A DNA stretch of 64,000 nucleotides, from assembly GCA_051047955.1 (NCBI GenBank), contig JBPGPT010000024.1:124001-188000 (forward strand), given 5' to 3'. Positions 25,168-34,939 of this stretch are shown here, piece after piece. The first letter of the stretch is position 1, and every line of letters starts with the position of its first letter. This DNA is from Cystobasidiomycetes sp. EMM_F5. Taxonomy: Eukaryota. The notes beneath the pieces are model-generated. The model had not been told where the DNA came from. It saw nothing but the letters and a program-made list of their open reading frames with translations, and made no database searches. The position numbers and the translations under genes were made by a program.

Positions 25168-25908
25168 GTTTGGAGGCTGATATATTTGCTAATGTCGATG
25201 GTGTATACACGCTGACCTGACGTTTACGAGCAGAGAAGAGCCGTCGTTGCGCTTTCGGCTGATGGCTGACGATGATCTGCACTCCGCGCACGCTGGTCCG
25301 CGGGATCAGTCAATGACAGCAGCAACGCGCGGCGGACGATGTTAAAGTGTGCAGCTAACTCCCAGCATACGGTGAGTGGACTTCTCCTCGCAGTACTTGC
25401 ATGCTTGACCGCTCGTCTAGTCTCGATAAAATTGCGGGGCAGCCACTTGATGATGCTATAACTACGGGAACGCAAGTTACAAGCACTTCCTTCCATGATG
25501 CGTTGTTTACGCAGGAGACCCGTACCATTCGAGCATTCACCTCCAGACGTGGCTGGAGATGCCTGGACTCCGCGAGGCAGTCTGTGGTGCTCCGGCTCAG
25601 CAGCTTCTCGCATGCTCCGACGTTCGGTGTACACCCTTCAATCCCTTTGACGCGACTGCTTCTGCCAGGCAGTCGTCCAATCTCCCTTTGTCTTACGAAA
25701 CAAAACCATGCCCGGTGGTCCCGCGCATCTCGTCCGGACCCTTTGACTGAAAAAGCGGATGTAAGTCTCGTGATCCTTGTGCAGTCCTGCCCTTTTCATG
25801 CGGGCACCTTTGCCTGTACGAGGCCATAGCGACAATTGCTGTCCTATAATCCTCACCAACAGAAAATTCAAACTGAAGGACGTAGCATTCGATCGCAAAG
25901 ATACAAAC

Positions 25909-26268
25909 ATGCACTTCTCCGCCGCTACCTCTCTATTCACCTTGTCCGCTGTTGCTCTGATGGTCACCAGGTCGATTGCAGCTCCAGTAGCTTCATTCAC
26001 GGGCGAGACAAAAGTACTCAAGAGCGCCATTACAGCTGAACTCCTTACCATTGTGGAGAATGGCACAGACAAAATCCTACAGGGGGATTGCCCTGGTGTA
26101 GCGATTGGAGGTACCGGGCCAGGGTGTACTACGGCCACTATGTATGTAGCGCCTGCGGGCGCTACTATATTCAACTTTCAGGAAGTGGACATGTCCAATC
26201 CCCCCGATATCTACGTCCGGCCTCCTATTTGGGCCGCCGCCGCGACAAGCACTCTCAGTGTCAGCTGA
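25909..26268 (+). CDS. Small secreted protein (119 aa, 2 Cys)
   Basis: Signal peptide MHFSAATSLFTLSAVALMVTRSIA-AP; clear paralogue of 26831-27175. Confidence 0.8.
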   Translation: MHFSAATSLFTLSAVALMVTRSIAAPVASFTGETKVLKSAITAELLTIVENGTDKILQGDCPGVAIGGTGPGCTTATMYVAPAGATIFNFQEVDMSNPPDIYVRPPIWAAAATSTLSVS

Positions 26269-26830
26269 GAGCAGTTCCCGCTACCGGACGCTATCCTCTG
26301 CTCAGAGTAACGTGTTCTGAAGCACTGCGCGCTGACCACCGCAACTTCGAGCAGCCTTCAGTGTGTTCCCCATGATTCATTTAGCAACATTTTTAGGTTT
26401 CATGTAGTTAGCATACACCCCATCTTACTACCGAGGGTAGATTCTTCGACGTCTTCTCCCCTTCCGGCTAACGCGCTACACTTACGTTGCTCCTGTCGTG
26501 CAGCAATGGCTCCATGTAAACTTTGATCCTTCCAATGGTTCGCACTAAGCCCTGCATTAAATTAAGCTATTGCCACTATGACAGCATCAAGATCTCAGTC
26601 TGCCGTTTGTTTCGCAGATCTCACAGCGGCTACGGGATGTACTCCGAAACAGTACCTCCCGCGCCGTCATCCCAGGCTTATTTCCGGCGCCCCATTGATT
26701 CTGTTGTGAGTTGCACAGTCACTTACTATAGTGATCGTCTCAGTCTGGTCGCATAATCGCATAAGGCAGGCCTGATCAAATTGCTCTCTTACAATCACAC
26801 GTTTCACTACAGTGCCGTCAAAATCATATC

Positions 26831-27175
26831 ATGCGTGTCGCGACTTCCATGTTCTACTCCCTTTCGGCCGCCATCCTCACGATCAGCAAAAGCGCCGCCG
26901 CTCCACTATACAGCGTATCCATCCTCGAGAGCGCAGTCGCTGCTGAAGTCATGACGATCGTCGACAATGGCTCAACCAAGGTACTAGAAGGCGACTGCCC
27001 GGATGTAGCAATGGACGGTAGTGGTGCAGGGTGCACCACGGCGACCATGTTCAAGGCACCTGCCGGCGCAACTCTTGTGTACAATGCCGATCTAAAGTCT
27101 TTCGGCGGCTCAAAGGCAATTGTAGGGCATCCAGTTTGGGTAGCAGCTGCGACCAGCACTGTCAGTGTTACGTGA
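26831..27175 (+). CDS. Small secreted protein (114 aa, 2 Cys), tandem paralogue
   Basis: Signal peptide ending SAA-AP; shares AE..TIV.NG..K.L.GDCP.VA..G.G.GCTTATM..APAGAT..P.W.AAATST.SV with the 25909 gene. Confidence 0.8.
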   Translation: MRVATSMFYSLSAAILTISKSAAAPLYSVSILESAVAAEVMTIVDNGSTKVLEGDCPDVAMDGSGAGCTTATMFKAPAGATLVYNADLKSFGGSKAIVGHPVWVAAATSTVSVT

Positions 27176-27383
27176 AAGATCTGTCTCTGCATCTGCACGA
27201 TCAGCGTCTATCAGTCGCGTTGGATTAATTCGCCAGCCCCTGTAACGTGGAAAGAGTATCAGGTTGTTTTCAAAATTATGCGTACGTTGTATGTCAGCGT
27301 CAGTGCCCTATCATCGTAGAGCGAACCTATGAAAATTTTGCGTGTACATGCCATGGCTTAGTCAGCCTTAGTGGCGGTCTACC

Positions 27384-29069
27384 ATGACTGTGCCGTCACT
27401 TTTTGCACTTGACTTCAGCGTAATATCTGCGATATCGGGCGACACGATGGACAGCAATCACCCATTCAGCTGCCTCACCTGCCAGCTCGCATTCGCTGCA
27501 TCAGCCGCCCAGCGTGCTCACTATTCTACAGACCTCCACCGCTACAATGCAAAAAGGAAAGTCGCAGAACTGCCGCCAGTCTCCGCCCAGGTCTTCAATG
27601 AAAAGATTGTCGAAAGAAGAGAGAAGCTCGCCAGTGTGTCGGGAAAAGGTATCGCAGAAGCGGCGTCGGAATCGACGACAGCTCAGCCAGAGAAATTGTC
27701 ATGCAAACCATGCGGGTGAGTTACGGTCAATTACTAGAAACGTGAATGATCTGACAATTTCGGGACTCTGCAGCAAGGCTTTCAATTCTCAAAACGCTTA
27801 CGATGACCATCTAAAGAGCAGAAAACATCGAGATAGCGTTTTCAAAGCATTCGGACAAGTCAAGCCAAATGCAGCGAGCACTAGCGACAAGAAGGATGAT
27901 TCCACAGAGGTTGTAGAATCAGCTAACGAGTCGTCACCTATGGTCGCATCAACGTCCTCCCAAAGCCTGCCAGAAGCCAAGCACGCCGAAGGGTCCATGC
28001 CATCCATTCCGCCAAATGCCTGTCTCTTTTGCACTCGCTCATTCACAACCCTAGAAATCAACCTCAATCATATGTCCCGCAATCACGGCTTCCATGTGCC
28101 AGATCAAGCCTTCTGCTCAGATATTCCTGGGCTTCTCGCGCAGATTGCCGATGATATCTCAATGGGCAATATCTGCATTACCTGTGGACTTGGTTTCGGT
28201 GGACATGTGACTGGTAACGAGTCGGATGCGCAACTGGTGAAGCGGGCTAGGAAAGGCTTGGACGCCGTACGATCGCACATGATCGACAAAGGCCATACAA
28301 GATTACCCTGGGATACCGAAGACCAACGTCTCCGATATTCAGACCATTACGACTATCGATCCTCGTATCCCGACTATGTAGCCGGACGAGACGGTTCAGA
28401 CGGAGAAGCGCCCGAGATGGAAATTGATGATGCAGGCGCTGGAGACTGGGAGGATGCCGACGACGAGGATATCGACGAGGACGACGAGGTGGTAATGGAC
28501 TATTCTGCTGTACGAAGAACAATACGCAAACCAATGGAAGACGACATGGATTATCGTCTAGCCGTAGCGAATGGCGATTATGAACTCATCTTACCCTCTG
28601 GCGCCAGAGTAGGTCACAGAGCGCTGAAAGGCGTATACAAGCAGAACATTATGCGTAAGGAGTCGTTTTCACATATCACTAATTCTGAAATTGACTGACC
28701 AATTCAAACGTAGCCTACATTGACCTGTCCGAACCGAAAGACAAGGTATCGCGCCTAGCAGCTGCTCTGGAAGCACGGTCAGCGAGGAAGGACGCCTCTT
28801 CATCTGCGCTAGTCGAAACCAAGAAAGGCTTGCCCCTCGTCGTTGCTCGCAATGCCGGAGAAGCGAAATATGCACGCAAGGCCATCCGCGAGTTTGCCGA
28901 CTTTAGAAAGATTCACGAGCACAGAAATCGTATCGCTAAGAGCGGTAACAATCAAAAACACGTGAGCCACCTTGCTACAACCGAGACATCGTTCATTTAT
29001 ATTGGCTTTCTAATTCCTGCAAACCCTCTCTTTATATGTGCGCAGTTCCGGGATCCACTCTTACAATGA
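27384..29069 (+). CDS. REI1: Cytoplasmic pre-60S maturation factor Rei1/ZNF622 (multi-exon; start may be ATG 27446)
   Basis: C2H2 fingers CLTC..QRAHYSTDLHRYNAKRKVAELPPVS, CKPC..H..SRKH and CLFC..HM..HGF; LILPSGARVGHR; C-terminus NNQKH|FRDPLLQ. Confidence 0.93.
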
Positions 29070-29318
29070 TTGCATAGCATTAGCACGGCTCGGTCGTTAT
29101 GCGGACGTTAGTTGTAATGTGCGTAGTTTTGGAATAATAATTGCAATTTCTGCAAGCGTAGCCCTTCTTTGACGATTGAGTTACTTGAGATTGTTTGAAG
29201 TCGCTCTGCAGGCGTCCGAGAAGCCATGCGTAAATCCACTTTTCTTCACATTCCTTTTGTGCGGAAGGTGGCCGTCTAGCAGCACAGGCAAACATGCTCA
29301 CAATACGCCACAGTCTGT

Positions 29319-31433
29319 TCACGAGCGTGAAGCGGGAGGTATAATCACCCTCGGCCGCTGTGGCTTCCCTGGACTCCCTCTCGCGCTGGCTGCGGGTATG
29401 TCGCCTTCTTGAGCGCTGTCTTCGACAACTATCCTTGCACCGCTTGGCGCAGCGGACTTGAATTCAGACGTCACAGATGGTCTGACTGGCGGGTTGCTAT
29501 AAGGTCGGGAGTGGACGCTCCAATCCGTGATTGCTGCACTCGTAGGCTGCGACTGTACCCGCTCTGATTCTCTGCTTGAGACTGACTGCGCTGTGGCTTG
29601 CATTTCCCGAGGAGGGCGAAGAAGAGGACTCTTGAACGTGACATTCTGCCCATAATTCACTGGCAACGCCGACAGATTCCCGCTTGGAACGGTGCCAGGG
29701 TACTTAGATGCCCTGCGCGCGGAGGGCAGTACGCGGTTGGCATTGTCTCGGGCGGCGTAGGGGGCATATTTTGCACTTTGTGTGCTGTTTGGAACAACTC
29801 TTCGCGCAGAGAGAGGATGCCCTCTTGCGGGTATTTGCGTGGGATTCGGAAAGCCTGATTGTTGAGTCTGCGGAAAGCCCGCATAGTATTGAGCTCTTTG
29901 AGAGCATGTGACGCATTGCCCGTACTCGTTCCCGGGTACCCAATCCGACTGACCAGTATACATGTTGTACGCATATCCACCACAGACATGATCGAGTGGC
30001 AGTCTTTGATACTGAAAACCGCTGGGATATGCGGCAGGGTGAGGAACGTCAGGCTGCATGCTCGTCTGCTGCGGCGCAGAATGTTGGAAAACATTTGTTT
30101 GTGGTGGTGCACCTGATCCTGTGCTACGCCCGGTCGAGACATTCCGATATATTGAAATTGTTGGACTCGAACGGTTCGTTTTGAGGATGCCTGGCGCCCG
30201 GCGCGACTGCCCACCTTGTGATGATGTGCCGCCTTTGCGCGGTGACGCTGTAGCGGGCGTTGGCGTTCGGCTGGGGGAGGGTTGTCTGCTGGCCGGGTGT
30301 TGCAAGGTGTTTAGGAAGATCTCTGTAGAATCCGGAGTAAAGAAGCTGCCGCTCGAATGAATAGGCGAAGGTAAATTAATGTTCGACCGATGCGAGCTAG
30401 AACCATCTGCGGAGGTTGCGGGAGACGAGGACCTCGATTGTTGCCAGAACCTCGCCCTTACCAAGATATCTGAGCGCTTCGGATGCGAAACCCATCTGTA
30501 CCTGGCGTCGGAAAGCGTTACTTTCATTCTTCTGCCTTGCATATCAATCGAAGGACTTTTCCCGCCAACAGACAGACGCACGATGTCATATATGGTTGAT
30601 GGTCGGTCCGACAACAGTTGCGCAGTGCGTCCCTTCCTACCACGATGGCGTGCCGCTAGATAACAGTCGAGATACATCGTGTTTGGACTTGTCTCGTGTG
30701 GGATGCTCTTGACGAGCTCAACGTAGAATTCATAGCTTTCCTGGCGGGACTCCAACTGGAGGGCGCATGAGTCAAGGTACAAATAGCGATAAGCAGTACA
30801 TACCCTGTCCGGATTGTGACTAATCCATCTGGCGTGGAGACATCGGTGTACCTTGTACGCCACTGCTGTATTTGATTTGCCGCTCATGGCACTGGCTTGA
30901 CGAAGGCCTTTAGGGAACGGTTGGACGAGAATCTCGACTTCACGGTTCTCCATTTGTGGGTGAGCTATTTGATGCCATGATGCACCGGCTTCAGCGATAA
31001 TGTGTTTGCCACATTGTAAGGCGCAGATGGCATGATATCTACCCTGAGAGTTGGGAGAGTCGCCATCAAGTAAGACGAGTACGACCGCTGTTATGGGAGT
31101 GATGAATTGTGGCAGACCCTTGTGCCGCTTGCGAACAACAATCCCGTTCCCATGACGTATATGCAGCTGTACTTCTGCGGTGCTTAGGCCTGCTCTACTG
31201 CTACTGCGGGAGAGGAAAAGCCTTTCATTTATCAAGGCTGCCGAATGAGTGTATACAGGGATGTAGGACCCAAGCAGGTTCGTCTCTGCGCGTGTATGTC
31301 TCGCAAAGTTGAGGTGTCCATTACCATCTCTGAGAATGAGATAAGATGTGCTGGACTCTTGTTTCGACGTGTAGTAGCCAGTACATTCCAGGTACTCTAT
31401 CGCTGTAGATTCCGTCATGGCTGTCGGGTGCAC
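29319..31433 (-). CDS. Hypothetical protein, unrecognised family member A (in-frame intron 30756-30803)
   Basis: 704-codon ORF. N-terminal domain shares YLILRDGNG..FAR, STIYDI, RYRWV and VRARFW with neighbours; S/P/Q-rich tail. Confidence 0.7.
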   Translation of the reverse strand: MHPTAMTESTAIEYLECTGYYTSKQESSTSYLILRDGNGHLNFARHTRAETNLLGSYIPVYTHSAALINERLFLSRSSSRAGLSTAEVQLHIRHGNGIVVRKRHKGLPQFITPITAVVLVLLDGDSPNSQGRYHAICALQCGKHIIAEAGASWHQIAHPQMENREVEILVQPFPKGLRQASAMSGKSNTAVAYKVHRCLHARWISHNPDRVCTAYRYLYLDSCALQLESRQESYEFYVELVKSIPHETSPNTMYLDCYLAARHRGRKGRTAQLLSDRPSTIYDIVRLSVGGKSPSIDMQGRRMKVTLSDARYRWVSHPKRSDILVRARFWQQSRSSSPATSADGSSSHRSNINLPSPIHSSGSFFTPDSTEIFLNTLQHPASRQPSPSRTPTPATASPRKGGTSSQGGQSRRAPGILKTNRSSPTISIYRNVSTGRSTGSGAPPQTNVFQHSAPQQTSMQPDVPHPAAYPSGFQYQRLPLDHVCGGYAYNMYTGQSDWVPGNEYGQCVTCSQRAQYYAGFPQTQQSGFPNPTQIPARGHPLSARRVVPNSTQSAKYAPYAARDNANRVLPSARRASKYPGTVPSGNLSALPVNYGQNVTFKSPLLRPPREMQATAQSVSSRESERVQSQPTSAAITDWSVHSRPYSNPPVRPSVTSEFKSAAPSGARIVVEDSAQEGDIPAASARGSPGKPQRPRVIIPPASRS

Positions 31434-31895
31434 CGTCAGATGATTATGCAGCTGTCCTTTTGGTCTAGAAGCACTTGCTGGAACGTGGGGCAGCAGTACG
31501 TGAGCAAAAGAGGAAGTGACAAGCGAATGGAACTACGAGAGGCTGATGGAGGCTGAAGACAGAAACAAATGCGCAATGACTCGATGACGCGACGCACAGC
31601 CCAAACTGGTCGCAGGTTGCGGCAATGAAATTAGTAAAGCATGCATACATGCTGCGCCGAAGTAGAGGTTGATTTCAGTTGAGTACTTTCACCAGCTCAC
31701 GACATGCCCTGCTAGTGAATATTGCGAAAGTGACATCTGCCCTTTCAGATATGTTTCCAGAGATCCGCTGTAGACGAAGTGCAATTGTAGTCTGCTTGTA
31801 CTAAGGTGCAGAGCTACAAGCCTGTCTTGTCCATCATTGCGCTTTCCAACGATGGTTTGGGCACAGACCGGTGCTGTCGACTGTCGGTGTGATTG

Positions 31896-33450
31896 TTACA
31901 TCGGGGGGTACTGCTGATGATAGTTCGATGCAGGATACCATGGATAGCCTGCATGCGTCATCCCTGGCGCAGAGCCAGAGGTGCTGAACAGCTGATACGA
32001 CGGATAAAACATCGTGTGTGTCGCGTGGCCGTAGGTATGTTGCGGCCCAGGATGATGCTGCCCAGAATACTGTGGCCAAGGATACTGCGGCCCAGGTTGT
32101 TGCGGCCAAGGTTGTTGCGGCCAAGGTTGTTGCGGCCAAGGACGTTGCGGCCGCGGATACTGCGGCCAGGGTGATGTCTGCGGTACTTGGGTTTGCTGTG
32201 GTGGTGCTGTTTGGGCAGCAGCGGGCGGCGGAGTATGTCTAGGTAGCGGACGAGTGCTGCGAGTGCGTCGCTTTGGGGGCCGACTCTCGTCTGAGGAGGT
32301 CATTGGTGCGTCGCCTGATGCGGCGGGGTCTCCGTCAGAAGGACGCGTCCGATGTTGTCCGCGGGCAAATTCGGCATGTCGACGAGAGGTTCCGGGATCC
32401 ATCGGCCCTGGGACTTCATTACCAGTCCTTACACGAACTGGAGGGCTCTGACGTGCTGTTGCAGATCGACTGGAATTCGTCGAGCGAGAACTTCCGCTAC
32501 CAGAAATGCTGCCTTGTCGCATTTCCATTTCCCACACCCGCGCTCGGCTCAGACAACCCGGATGCTGCGGATTGTCGATGAAAAGGTAACGTCTTTTCGA
32601 TGCGATAACGTTCAGCGCTTGTCCCTGTGCTACTTCATAGTGGTATGGAACGCGCACTACATCGATGACATGCGGTAACTCGTAATTTAGGAGGTTGTTG
32701 GGAGTTTGTTGCAGGTATACCCATTTTGCGCGCTCGCCTTGCATGGGACGAAACGAGCTAGCATAAAGCGTAGCGTGAGTATGTTCAAATCTCTGTGGAC
32801 GCAGCATCAGCGATAGATCAACCTCACAGCAATACACATACGCCAGGGTCCTGCTTTCTGATTCGTCGAATCGTATGAACTGGGTCACCCGAGCCACCAG
32901 ACACGTCGAGAAACACCTCAATGTTGGCTTCTAACGAATAATCCTTAGCGCTGAGGATGGCTAGAAGATTGCTTCCAGATTTGACCGCTGCCATCACGAT
33001 CGCGCCCGTTTCCGTCATGCAGCAAGCCATTGTCGCTCCGTTGTCGTAAATATTTACATGTTGTATTCGCGCATTGATAGACCTGATTGGCTGAATAGGA
33101 TACCTTTTAGATATGGTGACATATCGTATTGTTTCCCGCCTCTTGCAGATAGCCGAAAATATGGTACTGCACTCTTGCTGTGACTGCGGACGAGCTGTCA
33201 AGTAGACAGTTAAGTCTATTGAGATTGCGGGGTTCGTTGGATACCAGGATCCCACGTCACCGAGTGACCGTCTCGGAGGCGCTTTTGCCAACGAGTACTG
33301 CCCGTCGGTGCTTTGCAAAAGCATGTGGGGCTCTTGCCAAGCCTCAATTCGCAGCCGTGTTCGGCTTCTTGTCGAGATAGAAATGTAGTGCCTCCTGGGA
33401 ATCCCGTAAGGCAACATCTCCATACATTGCAACCAGATCGGTAATGGCAT
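31896..33450 (-). CDS. Hypothetical protein, unrecognised family member B (intron 32793-32841)
   Basis: ORFs 32824-33450 and 31896-32921 join in frame through a GTATGT..GCTGAT..CAG intron; strong motif identity with member C; P/Q/W-repeat tail. Confidence 0.75.
32036..32170. repeat. Coding minisatellite, about 9 x 15 bp (GTTGTTGCGGCCAAG-like)
   Basis: Three exact GTTGTTGCGGCCAAG copies at 32096-32140 plus degenerate flanking units; encodes P[W/G/R]PQ[Q/Y/R/H] on the minus strand. Confidence 0.9.
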
Positions 33451-33769
33451 AATGTGCTTTCAGGGATGAAGCAAAGACGGGAGGCGATGGTATTTGTGTA
33501 TGAGCGCCTATTAGCGAGAGGTGATTGACGTCTGGAATGAGCACAAGAGAGCGAGCGTTTGGCCTGGTTGAAAGACGGAGCGTATTCTGCATTGTCGTGG
33601 CTGTGCGGGTGTATGCGTGCGAACAAGGAGCGAATGCGGCATACGTCTGACTGACAATAGTGCGAGAACGGTATGTTAGATTCGAGCGGGGTTGTGCGAT
33701 GGAAGTATATGGGTGTATTTCAGGTCACTGTTAGTCGGGGCCATGTTTCAGCATCCGACAGACCAGGTA

Positions 33770-34939
33770 ATGGCCTACAACAAGCTTGTATTCGACAGCT
33801 CGGGCGGCGTAAGTCAGCATCTGGCGCCGTCAGTCTCGTCGTAGCCCGTCAGTGCATCAGCTGAAATATCTATGCCCAGGTCACGGAGGACGAGTTAGCC
33901 TTCAAAGGTGCGGCTGCGGAACCATTGCTCGTCCCATCAAGATCCATTTGACTGAGCTGCGACTGCGATATGGACTCGCGCTGCAGACTTTGGCACGTCG
34001 TCCATTCCCGCAGACGTCGGGGGACCCAGGACTTCTTCGAATGGAGCTGGAGCCAGTCATGCTGCCGCTGCTGGGCGGATGAACGATGCGACGGCCCGTC
34101 TCTATGAGCCCGATATCGCAATGCACAACCAGCTCGGTGGTGCTGCACCCTCTGGCGCGTCTGGCAGGTTTCTGAGCCTCGACACCTATGCTGGGTGGTT
34201 TGATGTCGATACCGCGACCGTCCTCGAGAGATCCTGGCGGACAATGTACCCAAAGGACGACTACCTCAGCGTAACTCTGAACAACGCCCCAGATCTCTAC
34301 GGCCCGTTCTGGGTGCCGACCACGCTCATTTTCGCACTCTTTCTCAGCTCGTCCCTCTCGTCGTCCATCCAGGCCTACCTAGCGGGGCACACCTACTCTT
34401 ACGACTTTACCAAACTCAGCGTGGCAGTGTCTGTCATCTACGCATACTCTCTCGCCGTTCCTGCAGGCTTCTGGGCGATGATGCGGTACTGGGCCGGGGT
34501 AGACGAGCGAGGACCCGTCGAGATTGTCAGCATCTATGGGTAGGTAGGCTGACATCAGCAGAAGCAATCACCCGCTTACAAGTCTGCTCTTGTATTCTCC
34601 AGGTATTCCATGACCGTCTGGGTTTTCGCTGCTCTATTTTCCATCCCACCCGTCCTTATTGTACGCTTCGCTTTCTCCGTCACGGCCTTCGCCCTGTCTG
34701 GTTTCTTCATTCTTAGAAAGTGCGTGCTGTTGCAGTCCTTGCGTCGTGATCATACTGACTCCTTATACAACAGCATCTACCCGATACTCTCGGCTGCGCA
34801 GAGCAAAGCTGCCAGGATACTCATTCTCGGCGTCGCATTCCTCCACTTTACGTTTGCCGTACTTTTGTGGTTCTTGTTTCTCAATGCAGGCGATATCGGA
34901 AATCCGGGCGGAATTCCAGATGGGAATTCGCGTCTGTGA
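33770..34939 (+). CDS. Yip1-domain Golgi membrane protein (YIPF1/2, Yip5-like; multi-exon)
   Basis: Y..WFDVDT..VLER, PDLYGPFWVPTTLIFALF, YSYDFTKLS, IYG|YSMTVWV and several TM segments. First exon at 33770 inferred from splice signals. Confidence 0.9.

Noticed and set aside
32036..32170. CRISPR-like array
   Set aside because: Contiguous 15-bp units with no unique spacers, inside a eukaryotic CDS.
34777..34939. Antisense coding overlap between family member C and the Yip1 gene
   Set aside because: The last part of the 774-aa ORF looks non-protein-like, and an alternative frame (35244-35576) exists. The real 3' end is probably earlier; it cannot be resolved without transcripts.
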